DNA from: a virus
Lineage: Duplodnaviria > Caudoviricetes
Length of the DNA stretch: 64,000 bases
Direction: 5' to 3' (one strand)
IMG/VR virus record: IMGVR_UViG_3300028591_000008
Location: 32,001-96,000 of that record
The notes beneath the pieces are model-generated. The model made no database searches, had not been told where the DNA came from, and worked only from the letters and a program-made list of their open reading frames with translations. Position 1 is the stretch's first letter, and each line of letters starts with the position of its first letter. The position numbers and the translations under genes are program-made. Of the stretch, positions 34,206-46,567 are shown piece after piece.

Positions 34206-34432
34206 TCACTCACCCCCGTGAGAATATCATAGGCTTCGGCTTTATTCGCCATTATTGTTTCATCGCGCTCTTCTTCTGGCATTAGTTCGCCTTCTGTATA
34301 TGTTCTACCAAACTCTGCAGGATCGCAAGCCTCGCTATATGAAACATCATCACGAACTACAAAGCGCCCAGAGTTGGAGTAGGTACGGATGAAGTCACGT
34401 TCACCAACTTTGAAGTTTTCAGTTACAATCAT
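34202..34432 (-). CDS. Small tail-associated hypothetical protein
   Basis: ORF track; GGAGG RBS; overlaps downstream start. Confidence 0.7.
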   Translation of the reverse strand: MIVTENFKVGERDFIRTYSNSGRFVVRDDVSYSEACDPAEFGRTYTEGELMPEEERDETIMANKAEAYDILTGVSE

Positions 34433-34444
34433 TTCCGCGCCTCC

Positions 34445-35155
34445 TTATATGATCGATGTACCATCAGCATATTGCGTCTCGTAGATACTGCCTTCGATTG
34501 GGAGAATCTGATTGTTGGCATAGCCGAGGATGGTGCTCCAGTTGGTAGCTTGAGTGTACTGGCTGAGGAGTGACTGAGGAACATATAAAGTTCCGCCTGT
34601 GCCGCCATCTGCAAATGGTGTTTGTGCGAATGCATTAATTGCAAGCAACGATGGTAGGCCATACTGACTTCTTATTATTAATGTTGATAACATCGTGTTT
34701 TTTCGGAAGCAGTTATTTGCAAATTGAACAAGAGTATTTACTGTTTTGCCAACTACATCTATAGCTTCCAATGCTGAACAACTGGAAATAGAATCGCTTG
34801 AAAAGCTCGCATTCGGTTTTGTACTCACAAATGTTTTTAGCGCCGGGCAATTTTGGACACCATAAGATTTAAAGGTGATAACTGAGGAGGCAAAAATTGA
34901 TGTCAATGCAGTTTTCCCCTTGAACGAATCGGCTTCGATTGCCGTTGCGGTGTCTAACACCATTCTACCGGAAGGTGCTGTTCCCATGGCGAGATCATTA
35001 ACATCTATACCGCCCCCGCCTGTTCCGGTCCCCTCCGTCATAACGCCAGTTGCAATCAAAGCCGTTTTAGGAGCAATGATATCTTCAGCCGTCGCAGTAG
35101 CAGTTGTCGCATCCATAAGAGTAGTGCCATTTAAAACCACTTTCGAAATTGCCAT
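34445..35155 (-). CDS. BspA/LRR-like adhesin or fibre protein
   Basis: LRR-like units and LYVP...YTQATNWS C-cap. Confidence 0.65.
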   Translation of the reverse strand: MAISKVVLNGTTLMDATTATATAEDIIAPKTALIATGVMTEGTGTGGGGIDVNDLAMGTAPSGRMVLDTATAIEADSFKGKTALTSIFASSVITFKSYGVQNCPALKTFVSTKPNASFSSDSISSCSALEAIDVVGKTVNTLVQFANNCFRKNTMLSTLIIRSQYGLPSLLAINAFAQTPFADGGTGGTLYVPQSLLSQYTQATNWSTILGYANNQILPIEGSIYETQYADGTSII

Positions 35156-35157
35156 AA

Positions 35158-36492
35158 TTATATCACCTCTTTTACGTAATTAGTTCCATTTTGAAATATA
35201 TTCGTCAAATCTGATTGTTCGACCCAGGAACCGTTGACCTTCTTGTAGGCTTTCGAAGCTGCAACCCACGATCCATTGATTTTCACATATAAAACATTTG
35301 TACCTGCCGCCGATACCAAAATAACATGGTCAGCAGAAATGTTTTCAATATCGTAGCCGTAATACGTACCGGGGGTAAACGGCTCATCAAGTGTGATCGT
35401 AACCTTAAACTGCAACGTATCGTTATTGGCGTCACTGGCATCATCCTTGGAGTATTTCACCCAGATCGAGTGGCTTCCGGACGACATATCATATGTTAGA
35501 GTTTGTGTCGATGATGTGTTGTATGTAGATGTATTACAGGCTCGCTTATAACTACTATCGGTTATTGTTGCGCCACCGCTTCCAGCGGCATAGTAGTCAT
35601 TATTTAATTCCGTATCTATATTACCAAACACGCCAAAGTCATAACCTTGCTCTGCATAGTTAATATAAGTAAAGGTTATAGTCGCTGCTACTGGCACATG
35701 AAAATCAACTCTACATACAGCAGCCGATTTACTTACACCTTTATTATTACTGACATAGTAACCAGTACTACTATTTAGCGTGAAACCATATGAGCCAACA
35801 TTATTTACAGTATAACTCTCGGCAGTTTCGCTTCGTTGCGTAAACTGTGAGGTTACATCGGTTCCATTATCCTTAATAGTAATTCCGGATAAGGTATTAG
35901 CCCGTATTTCGACATCTGAACCTTCAAGAGGATTTGTATCAGATGTAGTTACAGTTGCTGATGTATTATTCGTGATAGTAACGTCGTAATATACCGGAAT
36001 AGTATACGTTACTTCAATTTCAGCACCGTAAACATACACATATGAACTGTTACTCGTACTGCTTCTACGCAATGGAATTCGAATGCCGAAATTTGAGCCA
36101 TAGTCTACTATTGTTTCCCAGGTAAGCGTACTCGGAATTGGAAAAGTAAAGGTGTTTACTGATGTAGAAAGTGAACTTGTTACAGTAGTGCTACCAATCG
36201 AAGTTGTTCCATTATACAGAGACATCCGATATGAAGAGGATGTACTCATGTACGATTCAGACGCTTTGATTTTAATAGTAAAACCAGTAACCGTTGCATT
36301 ACTTGGAACAGAGTTAAAATTAAATCCTCTTAGATAACAATAATACGTATTACTTGTGCTGTTTCGAGTATTTTGAAGAGATGCGTAAGTTGTGCTATCC
36401 GTATTCTCATACATATTATTGGCGTTTGTAACAGTAACATATGATGAGTTATTACGATAATATGTTGACGGTACTAATCTTATGGTGGCCAT
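35158..36492 (-). CDS. Beta-rich tail fibre/receptor-binding protein
   Basis: Ser/Thr/Tyr-rich, lectin-like beta segments, C-terminal YVKINGSW repeats. Confidence 0.65.
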   Translation of the reverse strand: MATIRLVPSTYYRNNSSYVTVTNANNMYENTDSTTYASLQNTRNSTSNTYYCYLRGFNFNSVPSNATVTGFTIKIKASESYMSTSSSYRMSLYNGTTSIGSTTVTSSLSTSVNTFTFPIPSTLTWETIVDYGSNFGIRIPLRRSSTSNSSYVYVYGAEIEVTYTIPVYYDVTITNNTSATVTTSDTNPLEGSDVEIRANTLSGITIKDNGTDVTSQFTQRSETAESYTVNNVGSYGFTLNSSTGYYVSNNKGVSKSAAVCRVDFHVPVAATITFTYINYAEQGYDFGVFGNIDTELNNDYYAAGSGGATITDSSYKRACNTSTYNTSSTQTLTYDMSSGSHSIWVKYSKDDASDANNDTLQFKVTITLDEPFTPGTYYGYDIENISADHVILVSAAGTNVLYVKINGSWVAASKAYKKVNGSWVEQSDLTNIFQNGTNYVKEVI

Positions 36493-37742
36493 CAGCTCAC
36501 CACCTTAAGATAAATGTCGCCATTTACACCAGTCGAAGCTGATGGATCGCTACTTCCGGTATAGTAATGCTGAATAACAAGTGAGCCATGAACCACTGTA
36601 CCTGACGAATTCACGATATCTTTTCCAGATATAACATCAGATGCTGTAGCGGTAACACCTGTAACATCTTGGTAAGCCGCTGGGATAGCTGCTACGGTAA
36701 TATTGCCAGTGGTGTATTTCCCGGCAGAAACAGCAGTTTGCGACGTCTTGGTCGGAGTAATTGTGGTTGCCGCCTGCGTAGATAATTGCTGTGTATTGCT
36801 GCCGCTTACGCTGACAGTTCCAGATGTGCCGCTTGACACATAACCCGCAGAGACGGACGGCGTTACGCTCTGAGACGCACTTGCCGTTGCCGTGATAAGG
36901 CCAGAAGCACTAACGCTAATTGACGGATTTGCTGTGATCGTAGTTGTGGGAGTCGTAGCCGAACCCGAGGTAATAGCTTTGCTTGCTTGAGCTGAATAAT
37001 AACCAGCAGGAACTGTTACAGTTGCACCAGAAGCTGTTAAATCAGTGCTGCTGCGTCTGGTAATCTCAGATCCAACAAAAGTTTTGCTAATAGCAGCAAC
37101 CACAACCGATTTTAAATATTTCCCACTATCAGGGGTAACTGTTTGAGCAGTTTCGGTTGGTGTTACATTTTTAGTTTGTGTTGAAATTGCATTAATTGTA
37201 ATTTCTACACTAGATAAGCCATCTTTCCCTGTATCTGGAGTTACCGTTTGAGTTTGTAATGATTCGGTTGGAGTAAAAGTTATTTCTTTATTTTGTAAAT
37301 TTGGTTCACTTGTATCAGTTGGAACATTAACCGTGACAGAAGAATAACCGTCAAGATTATCAGAAGACGCGTTATATGTCCCATTTGCAGTGATATTTTT
37401 TGCTCCAAGAGAAGGACTAGAAATAATTAACTCACCAGTAATTAAATTTCCAGATGCATCATGGGCAGTATATCCATATTCTAAATGTGGTGCTGTTATT
37501 GTATCACTTGATAGGTCAAGAGAATTGGGACTGGTTATATAAATAATTTCTCCACCATGACTATCTTGTTCTTTAGTAATAAGAACACTACCTTCTCCAG
37601 TTTTAATTGTATTGATTGCCTATACGAAATCTTCTGGAAATAAGAGTTGTGCACTCGTACCACCTTTGGTACGGATTGCATTGGCAATAGAAGTTAGGTC
37701 GGAATCTAATTGTGTGCTATCTACAAGTTTATCTAATGCCAT
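36492..37742 (-). CDS. Thr/Ser-rich tail fibre protein (TAG read-through)
   Basis: MALDKLVDSTQLDSDLTSIANAIR...; single TAG at 37620-37622, in frame with track ORF 36492..37103. Confidence 0.72.
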
Positions 37743-37776
37743 AGAATTACCTCTTTTATAAATTAATTTAGATTGT

Positions 37777-37800
37777 GCCCCGGCTATTACGCCGGGGCAT
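37777..37800 (-). terminator. GC-rich hairpin, probable terminator
   Basis: TGCCCCGGC-TATTAC-GCCGGGGCA. Confidence 0.5.
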
Positions 37801-37818
37801 TGTCGTTTAAAGTGCCCA

Positions 37819-39618
37819 TTAATCCGTCATGATAACCCGGGTTGTAGCAACATACATTTTACCCGTGGCATTATCCACGTCGATTCCCTCTAATGGATAT
37901 GCGGTGTCTACTGTTGCGGTTTTGCTTAGTAAGTTACCGTCTGTGTCGTAAACACTTATGGATGATGGGATGCCTGTATGTCCTGCTGACACAATGATTG
38001 CTCCGTCATAATATGTCATGCCTTCGATATAAGGGAGATTTCCAATTGCTTTCGTACTCAAAACATTTCCATTAAAATCACCTACGACGAAATCAATATC
38101 GCCTATTTCGGCCGATGTTTTAGCAACCAGCATATATACTCTTTGATTCGCTTCATCTACACAAGCGTTCATGTAGCCAGTGAGCGTCGAAAAACTGATG
38201 GTATTAACAAGCGTAAACGCGCCGTTAGTATACTGATTCACATAGATTTTTGCATCGTCCTTTTTCCATGAAGCACAGTACAGATAAGGGTAGTCTCCAT
38301 GGAGGACGGTTCCGAACATTGCGTTATTTCCGTGATCGTTTGTGATGGAAATCAATCCGCCATTATTTACTGAGCATTGCCCTTCAATGAAGTCAAAAAC
38401 CGTGCCGTTATATACAGCTATGTCCTATGCTGATAATCCAACAGTTTTTGTTCTGGACATATACATCGAGTTAAATGATCTGCTCCCAACCGAAGGACGT
38501 ACATAATTTAGCGTCACGGCGTTGGCGCTTATTGCTTGCAATTCATTCCACGCAAGCCATGTACCGTTTGCCTAACGCTGTCTGAAATACCTCGCTGGAA
38601 TTGTTGGATACCACAAGTCTTGGTAGACAATGTTGTTAAGGGTTTTCTTTGTTATAAGAAAACAGGTTTGTCCGGTAATAGGCACATTGGTTAAAACCTT
38701 TGCGCCAGCCCACGACAGATAACTATCGCCTGCAATAAGATTTGCGTCCAGATTGTAGTAATCAATATAATGAGCAAGTCGAGAATTATACTTTTTTACT
38801 ACCAGGACATCGGACGGCAGCGGGTGCGCGGCATCAGTAGAATAATACACATATAAATACGCTTTGTTCCAGACATTGGTAATTGTCAGCGTTTCCCCAT
38901 AGCTTTTGCGATCAAGATACCCAACGTTGGATACTCCCGCTGCCAAGGCAGATGCGGCGGTATCACCAAACGCAAGCCTAAACTGGTTCGCGCCAGCGGC
39001 TGTATCTCTGGTTACTTGATAAGTCCCACCAGGTTCAACTTCATAAACAGCAACCGCGCCGTTGTTAACAGTACTTATTGTGCCATTGGCAACGAAAACA
39101 TTAAGCACCTGTGTTCCCGCGATTTTGCCAGCAAACTCTCCGTCAGCGGCAGCAGCCGCTTCGTCAGCGTTTACAAAACCACTATCGTTGGTCAGATCGG
39201 AAGTCTTGGTAGGAATGGAACCTCCACCGCCAATATTCTATATTGCTTGAAAAACACCGCCACTACTTACTGCATTTGTACTTCCTTCCGTTGGATAAGC
39301 ATCAACATTATATATTGCACTGTCCTCATCATTATCAATCCATAAGTCTCCCACTCTTGGATTAGACGGAGCAGATGGAGAAGAAACAGGAATTGTTAGT
39401 CTTCTATCTAATTCATTATCAATATTTGTTTCTGTAAAATGCGTTGCATTCCACGCGCCTGCAGAGTGTGCAGTTATACATCTATATAAACTTCCTTGAT
39501 ATGTACAATAGTCTCCAATCGCATAATTAGTACGAACATTAAAGGCTATAGCTACTTCAGGAGCTCTTGCAGTTGGTAGCCCTGGTAAAGTTATACTACG
39601 AAATGTTACATCTGCCAT
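37819..39618 (-). CDS. Modular tail fibre/receptor-binding protein with C-terminal beta-propeller-like region (TAG read-through)
   Basis: Track ORFs 39238..39618, 38572..39108 and 37819..38355 are one frame (600 codons) separated by TAGs. Confidence 0.75.
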
Positions 39619-39630
39619 TTAAATCCTCCT

Positions 39631-41019
39631 TTAAGCTAACTCGACTGTTAGATTTCCAACATCATTTAAGAATTTTAATTTTTGCTAAGTATAATTATTT
39701 AATTTTTCTGCACTCCAAGTTTTAGTGTTTAAGGTACTATTATCATCAATAATACCTCCTAAATCAGATGGGAAAACAAAATCAAAATAACATACATTAT
39801 TATTAATTCGAATACTTACATCAAAAGCTGTACCAGTGGTAACATTACCTATTGCAAAACTAGTTGCTCCAGAAGAAACTGCTCCAGCAGGTCCACGTAC
39901 TGAAGATGTAGTTTTAGTACTTCCATCAGATAAGGTAAAGGTTAGAGTATAATCACTATTTAGGGCAATATTAGTAATACCAACACCTTCAGAGCCTTTT
40001 GGACCCTAAGGGCCTGGATTACCTGTATCGCCTTTTTCTCCTGTATCGCCTTTCCCACCGGTTGGACCTACCGCACCGGTTGCTCCAGTTGGGCCAGCTG
40101 GTAAACCAAAAGTAAACTTAAAACTTTTTTCAGAATCTGAATCTATTGTTTGAACTTCTGCTGTCGCGCCACTTCCTGCAGGTAACGCATTAGCAGTCGC
40201 AGTAGCGGAAACATTTTTTAAAACATTTTCAGCGTCTTTTAAATCTTCTTCTGCATCTTTTAATGCATTAGCGTACCATTTTGCATTATTATGCCAGGTT
40301 GGATCTGCAAATGATGCAGTTACTTCAATATAATTACCAGATATAGGAGTGCCGGTAATATTAAAGCCAAGTTCTGACATATTTACAGTATCATTGTTAT
40401 ATTCCCAATTATTATTAGTATATAAAAAATTATACGTAGTTAATTTTCCAATAGATGGTGGAGTTATATTATTTTTAAAAGTTTCAAAGTCTAAACTAAC
40501 ACTAAGATTGTTAGAGAACTTTGTTGTATATGAATCTCCTAAGACATCTTCTGTTCCACGTTTTCCTTCTGCCCAAGCTTGTGCAGATTCAATTGTATTA
40601 TTTGCTGCATCTATTACATTATAAAGATACCCAAACGCTTCTGATTCTATTACTCCTTGAGCGATGGCTGGCGCGGCCTGAACATCAATAATAAAAGTAA
40701 CAGTGGCTAATTGAGTGCTACCATTTGTAAGTAATACGTCAGCAAAACATCTGCCAGAAGTAGAAAGATCCGCGGCGTTTAAAGTAATTATTACTTTACT
40801 TTCTGAAGTATATATATCTGCATTGTTCCATGTTGCTTGTCCATTTGGCTTACGAATGCGATACGATGCAAGAGTACCATCTGGAATAGTAAACAATTCT
40901 CCATTTTTTAAAATTGTTGCAGTTAATGTTCGGCTATTATTATCACCCTACTTTGCGCCGACTACAAGATAAGATGTGCTGGTGTTTAAATCTAAGGTTA
41001 TGTCTTGATTATAAATCAT
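39631..41019 (-). CDS. BppU-domain baseplate/fibre protein with collagen-like repeats (TAG read-through)
   Basis: VGAK[TAG=Q]GDNNSR BppU N-terminal motif at 40948-40950; GxY collagen run; open to TAA 39631. Confidence 0.8.
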
Positions 41020-41205
41020 AATAATTCTCCTAAGATGCATTTACTGTTCTTTCAAAAATAAGTGGAATAAAAAGTAGTATATTACAAAAAGAAAATGAAC
41101 AGGTTGGGTATTTTTATTATTTAAGTTATCAAAGTAGTATATTTATTATTTGATTTACGTACTTAAATATGAAAGAAACTCTTAGGAGGTTTAAAAGATA
41201 GATTT

Positions 41206-43995
41206 ATGAGTGTTTTAAAAAGATGGAATGGCGTAAATTGGGAAGCGATTGGCCCAGCCATTCATAGAACAAGTAACGTTAATATTTATGGTGGAGAAAG
41301 TACAGAAATAAATTAGGCTGGTAATAGTTATGAAGTATCAAAATCAACTATACCTAATACTCCTAATATAAATATTGGTGATTATATTATTGGGAAACTT
41401 AGACTTTCTGGTGAACTTCATTGTATACAAGTAGAAGGTTTAGGTGAAACCTATGTTTGGTCAACTGAATTACTTGATGTTCCAATGATTGATGCAAATG
41501 GAGAAGTAACTGGTATTATAAATGGAAGCATCACGGAGGCAAAATTAGATGCAAATTTACAAGAAAAAATAAATTCAACCGGTAGTGGTGATAGATTAAC
41601 AGAATCTATTAAATAGGCTCTCCTTTAGCTCGCGCAGAAAGTCGCGTACATTGACGCACAGGGCCAGACCTACTATCAAGACCTTTATGATGCGCTTTAT
41701 CCGTCTGCTGTCCTGACCTCGATCACAGCGGTATACACGCAGAGCGGGACAGTTTACACCACGGACACGCTTGACAGCTTAAAGCCTGATCTTGTTGTTA
41801 CCGCGCACTATGATGATGACACATCTGAAGTTGTCACGAATTACACGTTGAGTGGCAATCTGACTGTCGGCACTTCGGTCATCACGGCAAGCTATGGTGG
41901 CAAAACTACAACATTCAATGTAACAGTGACAGAACGGTATTATCCGGATGTTGTTCTGAGTGATACTGCATTGAGAATGGATGGTGGAACAACTGAGACA
42001 TTCAGTGTTAAACTTGCTGGACAGCCTACACAATCACAAAAGGTGTATTTAATTGCAAATGGCGTTACGTTGTCTGCAGATGTTCTGACGTTTACTACAC
42101 AAAACTGGAATACTTATCAGAGTGTTACTGTCAGTGCTGATATGGTTGATGATACAACCTATGCTGGAATTATAGTTCGCAACAGTGATCCGCTTATGAC
42201 GGACACTGGCATAAGTGTTACTATCTATGCAATTCGGTATGAAGATGTCGTTGATATGACAATTCCTGCTGGACAAGTGACGTGTGTATTGTCCGACTTT
42301 GAGACTATGGCATATCAAGGTGGTACATTCCTATCTAAGTATATTGGCAGCGATACAAATATAAAGGTTCCGCTGAGCCTTGATTCGGGGAATAAACTGT
42401 ATATTGGTGGCGATACTTTTAGGAACAATACATCAATTCAATACCTTGAGATTGAATCCGGAATGCAAGCGCTGTCAAGTTTTTCGGACAAAGGATTTGG
42501 CGGTATGACTTCGCTCGTTGGTCTGAAATGGAGAAATTCTGGATTAACAAACCTCAACAGCTTTTTCAAAGGTGATACCGCTTTTGAGTGGTGGGACGGA
42601 CTTACAGATTGTACAGATGCTACAGATATGGGTTCTTTTGTTTCGTCCAATACTGGCACATATGCACTGGAATATCTGCCTGATTTGTCTGCATTTACCA
42701 AGCTGACATCGTTACGAACTGCGTTCTATGGCTGTACAAATCTCAAAAAAGTGTTTGGATTGCCAACGGCATATGATAGTGCTTGTGATATGACCAGTGC
42801 ATTTTATGGTTGTACATCCCTTGAGAGCGCTGTTGTTGGGTATAATGTCACTTCTGCAAGCCATACGTTCCGAATGGCAAGTGGGGCGGTATCTGCATTG
42901 AAGAGAGTTGATTTCTACACAGATGTTCTTACAAGTTCGACAGCGTCATACATCTTTACTGGCAATACCAGTGGTGCTGATGTATATGCCCACAATAATA
43001 CAGACACTTGGGCAACACTTTCGCCATATGCTCAATCTGGCGGTATTAAACTGCATGACTTGTCTGGTGGTTCGGATTTGCCGACAATCGTAACTTGGGG
43101 CGATTCTACAACATCTGAGGGAACTGCTTGGACTTGTTGGCCCGATCGTCTACAGACGAAACTTGGTTCCAGCAACTTTATTGTACGAAATGAGGCAATT
43201 AGTGGTGAGTTTACTACATCCACATCCGCAAGACAAGGCGGCAATACTCTAAAAATCCTTAATGAGATCACTATACCTGCAAGTGGATCAGTAACCATTT
43301 TGCGCAGTAATCTCGGAACAAGAGATGGGCAAGTGTTTGGAAGCAGTGGTGGTACATTTACACCACTTGAGAGTTTTAATCCATGCGTGATCAGTGGTGT
43401 GACTGGTATACTGAGTGGGAGTGGGAATGACTATGTGTTTAACAGGTCAGAAGCAGGAAATGAAGTAGTTGTTCCCGCAGGAACTTATGTGTACTCAGCG
43501 CAGGATACAGAGCTAAACAACAGCAATGTAATCATGCTGATAAACCTTGGTATCAACTCTGGTTGGGGATCAAGCTCATCAATTCCCGCAGTTGCCTCCA
43601 AACTGTTAGCACAAACACAGTACATGGTTAATCACTTCCTTGAGAATGGCGGTACAAAATACATTGTTTGTGGACCTTCAACTGGCAAGTTTGTTGATTC
43701 TGAAGCAAAATACTATACCGATGTGGGAAGATCTGCTACTTTGGAATACGAGAGTCTTGCAGCAAACGCTTTTGGAGAACATTGGCTTAACCTTAGAGAG
43801 TATGGTGTACAGAACGGTCTTTCTCAGAATGGTCTTACACCGACCGCAGAAGACAATGAAAGAATATCCAATGGTGTATGGCCTGTTCCTTTGCTCAAGG
43901 GTGATGATGACTATACACATCCCAGTACATATGGTGCTAACACTCAGATGCTGGCATTTTATGAAAAGGGTGTTGCACTTGGCTATTGGAGCTGA
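41206..43995 (+). CDS. Multi-domain virion/adhesin protein: Ig-like + LRR + SGNH hydrolase
   Basis: Start extended to ATG 41206 via TAGs at 41314, 41614 and 41626; WGDSTT, GINSG and DDDYTHP SGNH motifs; LRR units AFYGCTxL. Confidence 0.75.
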
Positions 43996-44003
43996 GAGAA
44001 ATC

Positions 44004-44096
44004 ATGGAAACTTGTATCTGCTGTGGCGCCCCAATCCCAGAAGGGAGAATGGTGTGCTGGATATGTGAGCATCAATTTAATAAAATAAAATTTTAA
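44004..44096 (+). CDS. Tiny Zn-ribbon peptide
   Basis: METCICCGAPIPEGRMVCWICE. Confidence 0.5.
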   Translation: METCICCGAPIPEGRMVCWICEHQFNKIKF

Positions 44097-44295
44097 TTTT
44101 ATTGAATTCATCAAAATTTTATATACATATTCTTTAAATCCTACTTATAAATGGACAAAGAAAGTTAAACTGTTCTCGGCTCAGTTTCTCGTTTTACAAC
44201 CGAGTAAATTAAAATTATCAAAAAAATTAAAATCTTTATATTATAAATTCTACTTATGAATGAAAGGAGCGAGAAAACTCGCGCAAGGAGTAAAT

Positions 44296-44793
44296 ATGGC
44301 TAATAATAATTTAAACACATTATAGCAACAAATTCAAAATCTCCAATAGCAATATTAGGCTCTTAATGGAAATCAGCAGCAACAACCGCAACTTTTTCCA
44401 AATTTTCAGCAACCTATACAACAACCAATACCTGTCCAAGTCCCAATTCCGATTCCTTCACGGTAGGTTCAATATGTTGAAGGTATGGCTGGTGCAAAAC
44501 TTTATCAAGATAATCTTCCCTCTAATAGTTCTGAAATTATTATGGATAAAGATGAAAATATTTTCTATCTTGTATCAAAAGATGCTAATGGGACTCCATC
44601 AAAACGTATTACACGTTGTCGTTTTGAAATTGAAGACTATCAAGAAGAAGAGCCTGTGTTTTTAACTCGTAAAGATTTTGATGATTTTAAGGAAGAAATT
44701 CGTTAGATGTTTAATAATTCATAGCCTGCGCAGAGGCAAGTAACTTTAAGTTCTAATGCTCCTAAATAGACTGCGCAGAAGCCAAAGGAGTAA
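44296..44793 (+). CDS. Gln/Pro-rich hypothetical protein (TAG read-through)
   Basis: AAGGAG RBS; TAGs embedded in CAA/CAG runs; joins track ORF 44485..44706. Confidence 0.75.
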
Positions 44794-44809
44794 AAGGGGA
44801 GGAAGCTAA

Positions 44810-45124
44810 ATGAATAGTTTATTTGGTGGTGGATTAGGTAATACCCTTATGAATATGGCGCGCGGAGCACAGTCTACACCCATGTAGGTCGCATAGAAAG
44901 GAGCAAGTATGCCAAATATGCTTATGCAGGCTTTTGGCGCGGCTTTGCGTGGGGAAGATCCTCATACTTTTCTTCAAAATCTTGCGTCGCAACATCCACA
45001 GCTTCGTCAATATGATTTGTCAAATCTTCAACAAACAGCGCAGCAGGTATGTCAGCAAAACGGTGTTGATATGCAATCGGCCATAAATTAGATTGACAAT
45101 ATCACTTCCTCAATTATTAAGTAA
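44810..45124 (+). CDS. Gln/Met-rich hypothetical protein (TAG read-through)
   Basis: GGAGG RBS; three in-frame TAGs; ends TAA. Confidence 0.72.
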
Positions 45125-45175
45125 TCACCACACTTTGTGTGTTGAAATTTTTATTTAATCGGAGGAAACCTAAAG

Positions 45176-45697
45176 ATGAATGGTAATTCTACTGGTTCTT
45201 TCTTCGGCTCTGATTGGCTTGGTGCTTTCTTAATCATTGCCGTACTGTTCGGTGGTTTCGGTGGTTTTGGTTTCAATCGTGGAGGAGAAAACGTGGCTAC
45301 AGTTGAATATGTACAAAGTGCTATCAATAATCAGTCCACTCAAGAGGGTCTCCGTGATGTTCTTCTGTCCTCAGCAAACAACAACTACGAGACTGCTCAA
45401 CTGATTAATGGTCAAACAAACGCACTTCAGCAACAGAATTATGCAAATCAGATCAATGTTGTGCAAGGCTTCAATGCTATTCAGCAAGCTATTGCTCAGC
45501 TTGGCTATCAGATGGATTCCTGCTGCTGCTCTATCAAGACTCAGATGCTTCAAGACAAATACGAGGCTCTTGAAAATCAATATCGTACTGCTCAGAATGA
45601 TCTGTCCAATGCTGCACAAAGCCAGTACATTCTTAATGCACTTGGCCGCTTCGTTGCATATCCTCCTGTTGCAGCTACTATCGCTACCCAGGGTTAA
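45176..45697 (+). CDS. Hypothetical protein: hydrophobic segment, Gly-rich linker, coiled coil with CCC motif
   Basis: ORF track; GGAGG RBS; terminator hairpin at 45711-45740. Confidence 0.8.
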   Translation: MNGNSTGSFFGSDWLGAFLIIAVLFGGFGGFGFNRGGENVATVEYVQSAINNQSTQEGLRDVLLSSANNNYETAQLINGQTNALQQQNYANQINVVQGFNAIQQAIAQLGYQMDSCCCSIKTQMLQDKYEALENQYRTAQNDLSNAAQSQYILNALGRFVAYPPVAATIATQG

Positions 45698-45800
45698 TTT
45701 ATAGGTGGCTTGAGTGGGTAAGAAATTACCCACTCTTTTTATATTTATGGATAATAGAGGCAAGATGAAAAAATTAATAAAATAATGGAGGCATTGAAAA

Positions 45801-46112
45801 TTGAAGATAATTAAATGTCTAACTGATTATATAGATGATAAAATTCATTGCAGCAAGAAATATATAAAGAAAGCGCTGGCTTTGCATGAAGAGTATCCTG
45901 AGGTATCTGAGGTTCTTAATATGATTTCTATAGAAGAAATGAAGCATATGCAAATGCTTCATAATCAAGTAGTGAAAATTATTGAGAATTATCGTAAAAC
46001 TGAGGGCGAGCCACCCGCGGCAATGCTGGCCGTATATGACTATCTGCATGAAAAATTTATTGAAGAAGCAAAAGAAGTAAAAATGCTTCAACAAATGTAT
46101 ATGGAAAAATAA
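45801..46112 (+). CDS. Ferritin-like four-helix protein
   Basis: EEMKH (ExxH) motif, helical composition. Confidence 0.6.
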   Translation: MKIIKCLTDYIDDKIHCSKKYIKKALALHEEYPEVSEVLNMISIEEMKHMQMLHNQVVKIIENYRKTEGEPPAAMLAVYDYLHEKFIEEAKEVKMLQQMYMEK

Positions 46113-46116
46113 AATT

Positions 46117-46150
46117 AAACCTCAGAAGTTTAAACTTCTGAGGTATTTTA
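46117..46150. terminator. Bidirectional terminator
   Basis: ACCTCAGAAGTT-TA-AACTTCTGAGGT. Confidence 0.7.
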
Positions 46151-46456
46151 TTAAACAATTTCAGTATAGCTTAACATAATCCATTTATTTTCATCAATCA
46201 TTCCCCAACCATTAGCTTCGTCGAGTATTTCATAAATACCTTCGTCACGAATTACATCTACAACTTCTGCCTGGGTATTGGGTGCGCGCCGTATACGTAA
46301 AGCGGGATGAGTAACTTTTACTTTATATTTAAATTCTTTATTGGTAAGTCCATTTATTCCAGCTGGTCCACGTGGGCCCTCAGCCGAAAAGCTATCTAAG
46401 AAATCCATAGGTTTTTCCTCCGTTTTTGGTTTAGAGTTTTTTCTCATTTCTTTCAC
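46151..46456 (-). CDS. SH3b-like domain protein
   Basis: LRIRRAPNT...GWG...WI pattern. Confidence 0.6.
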   Translation of the reverse strand: MKEMRKNSKPKTEEKPMDFLDSFSAEGPRGPAGINGLTNKEFKYKVKVTHPALRIRRAPNTQAEVVDVIRDEGIYEILDEANGWGMIDENKWIMLSYTEIV

Positions 46457-46567
46457 CTCATTTATAAGTGAACAATATCTTGCTTCTTTTCTAAAAACTT
46501 GATTTCTTTTTGGAAATATGGTATAATATAATTAAAGAAAATAGATAAATAGGAGTTATGGAATATT

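Noticed and set aside
30239-43995. Diversity-generating retroelement or invertible fibre cassette
   Set aside because: No reverse transcriptase, TR/VR pair or recombinase seen in the window.
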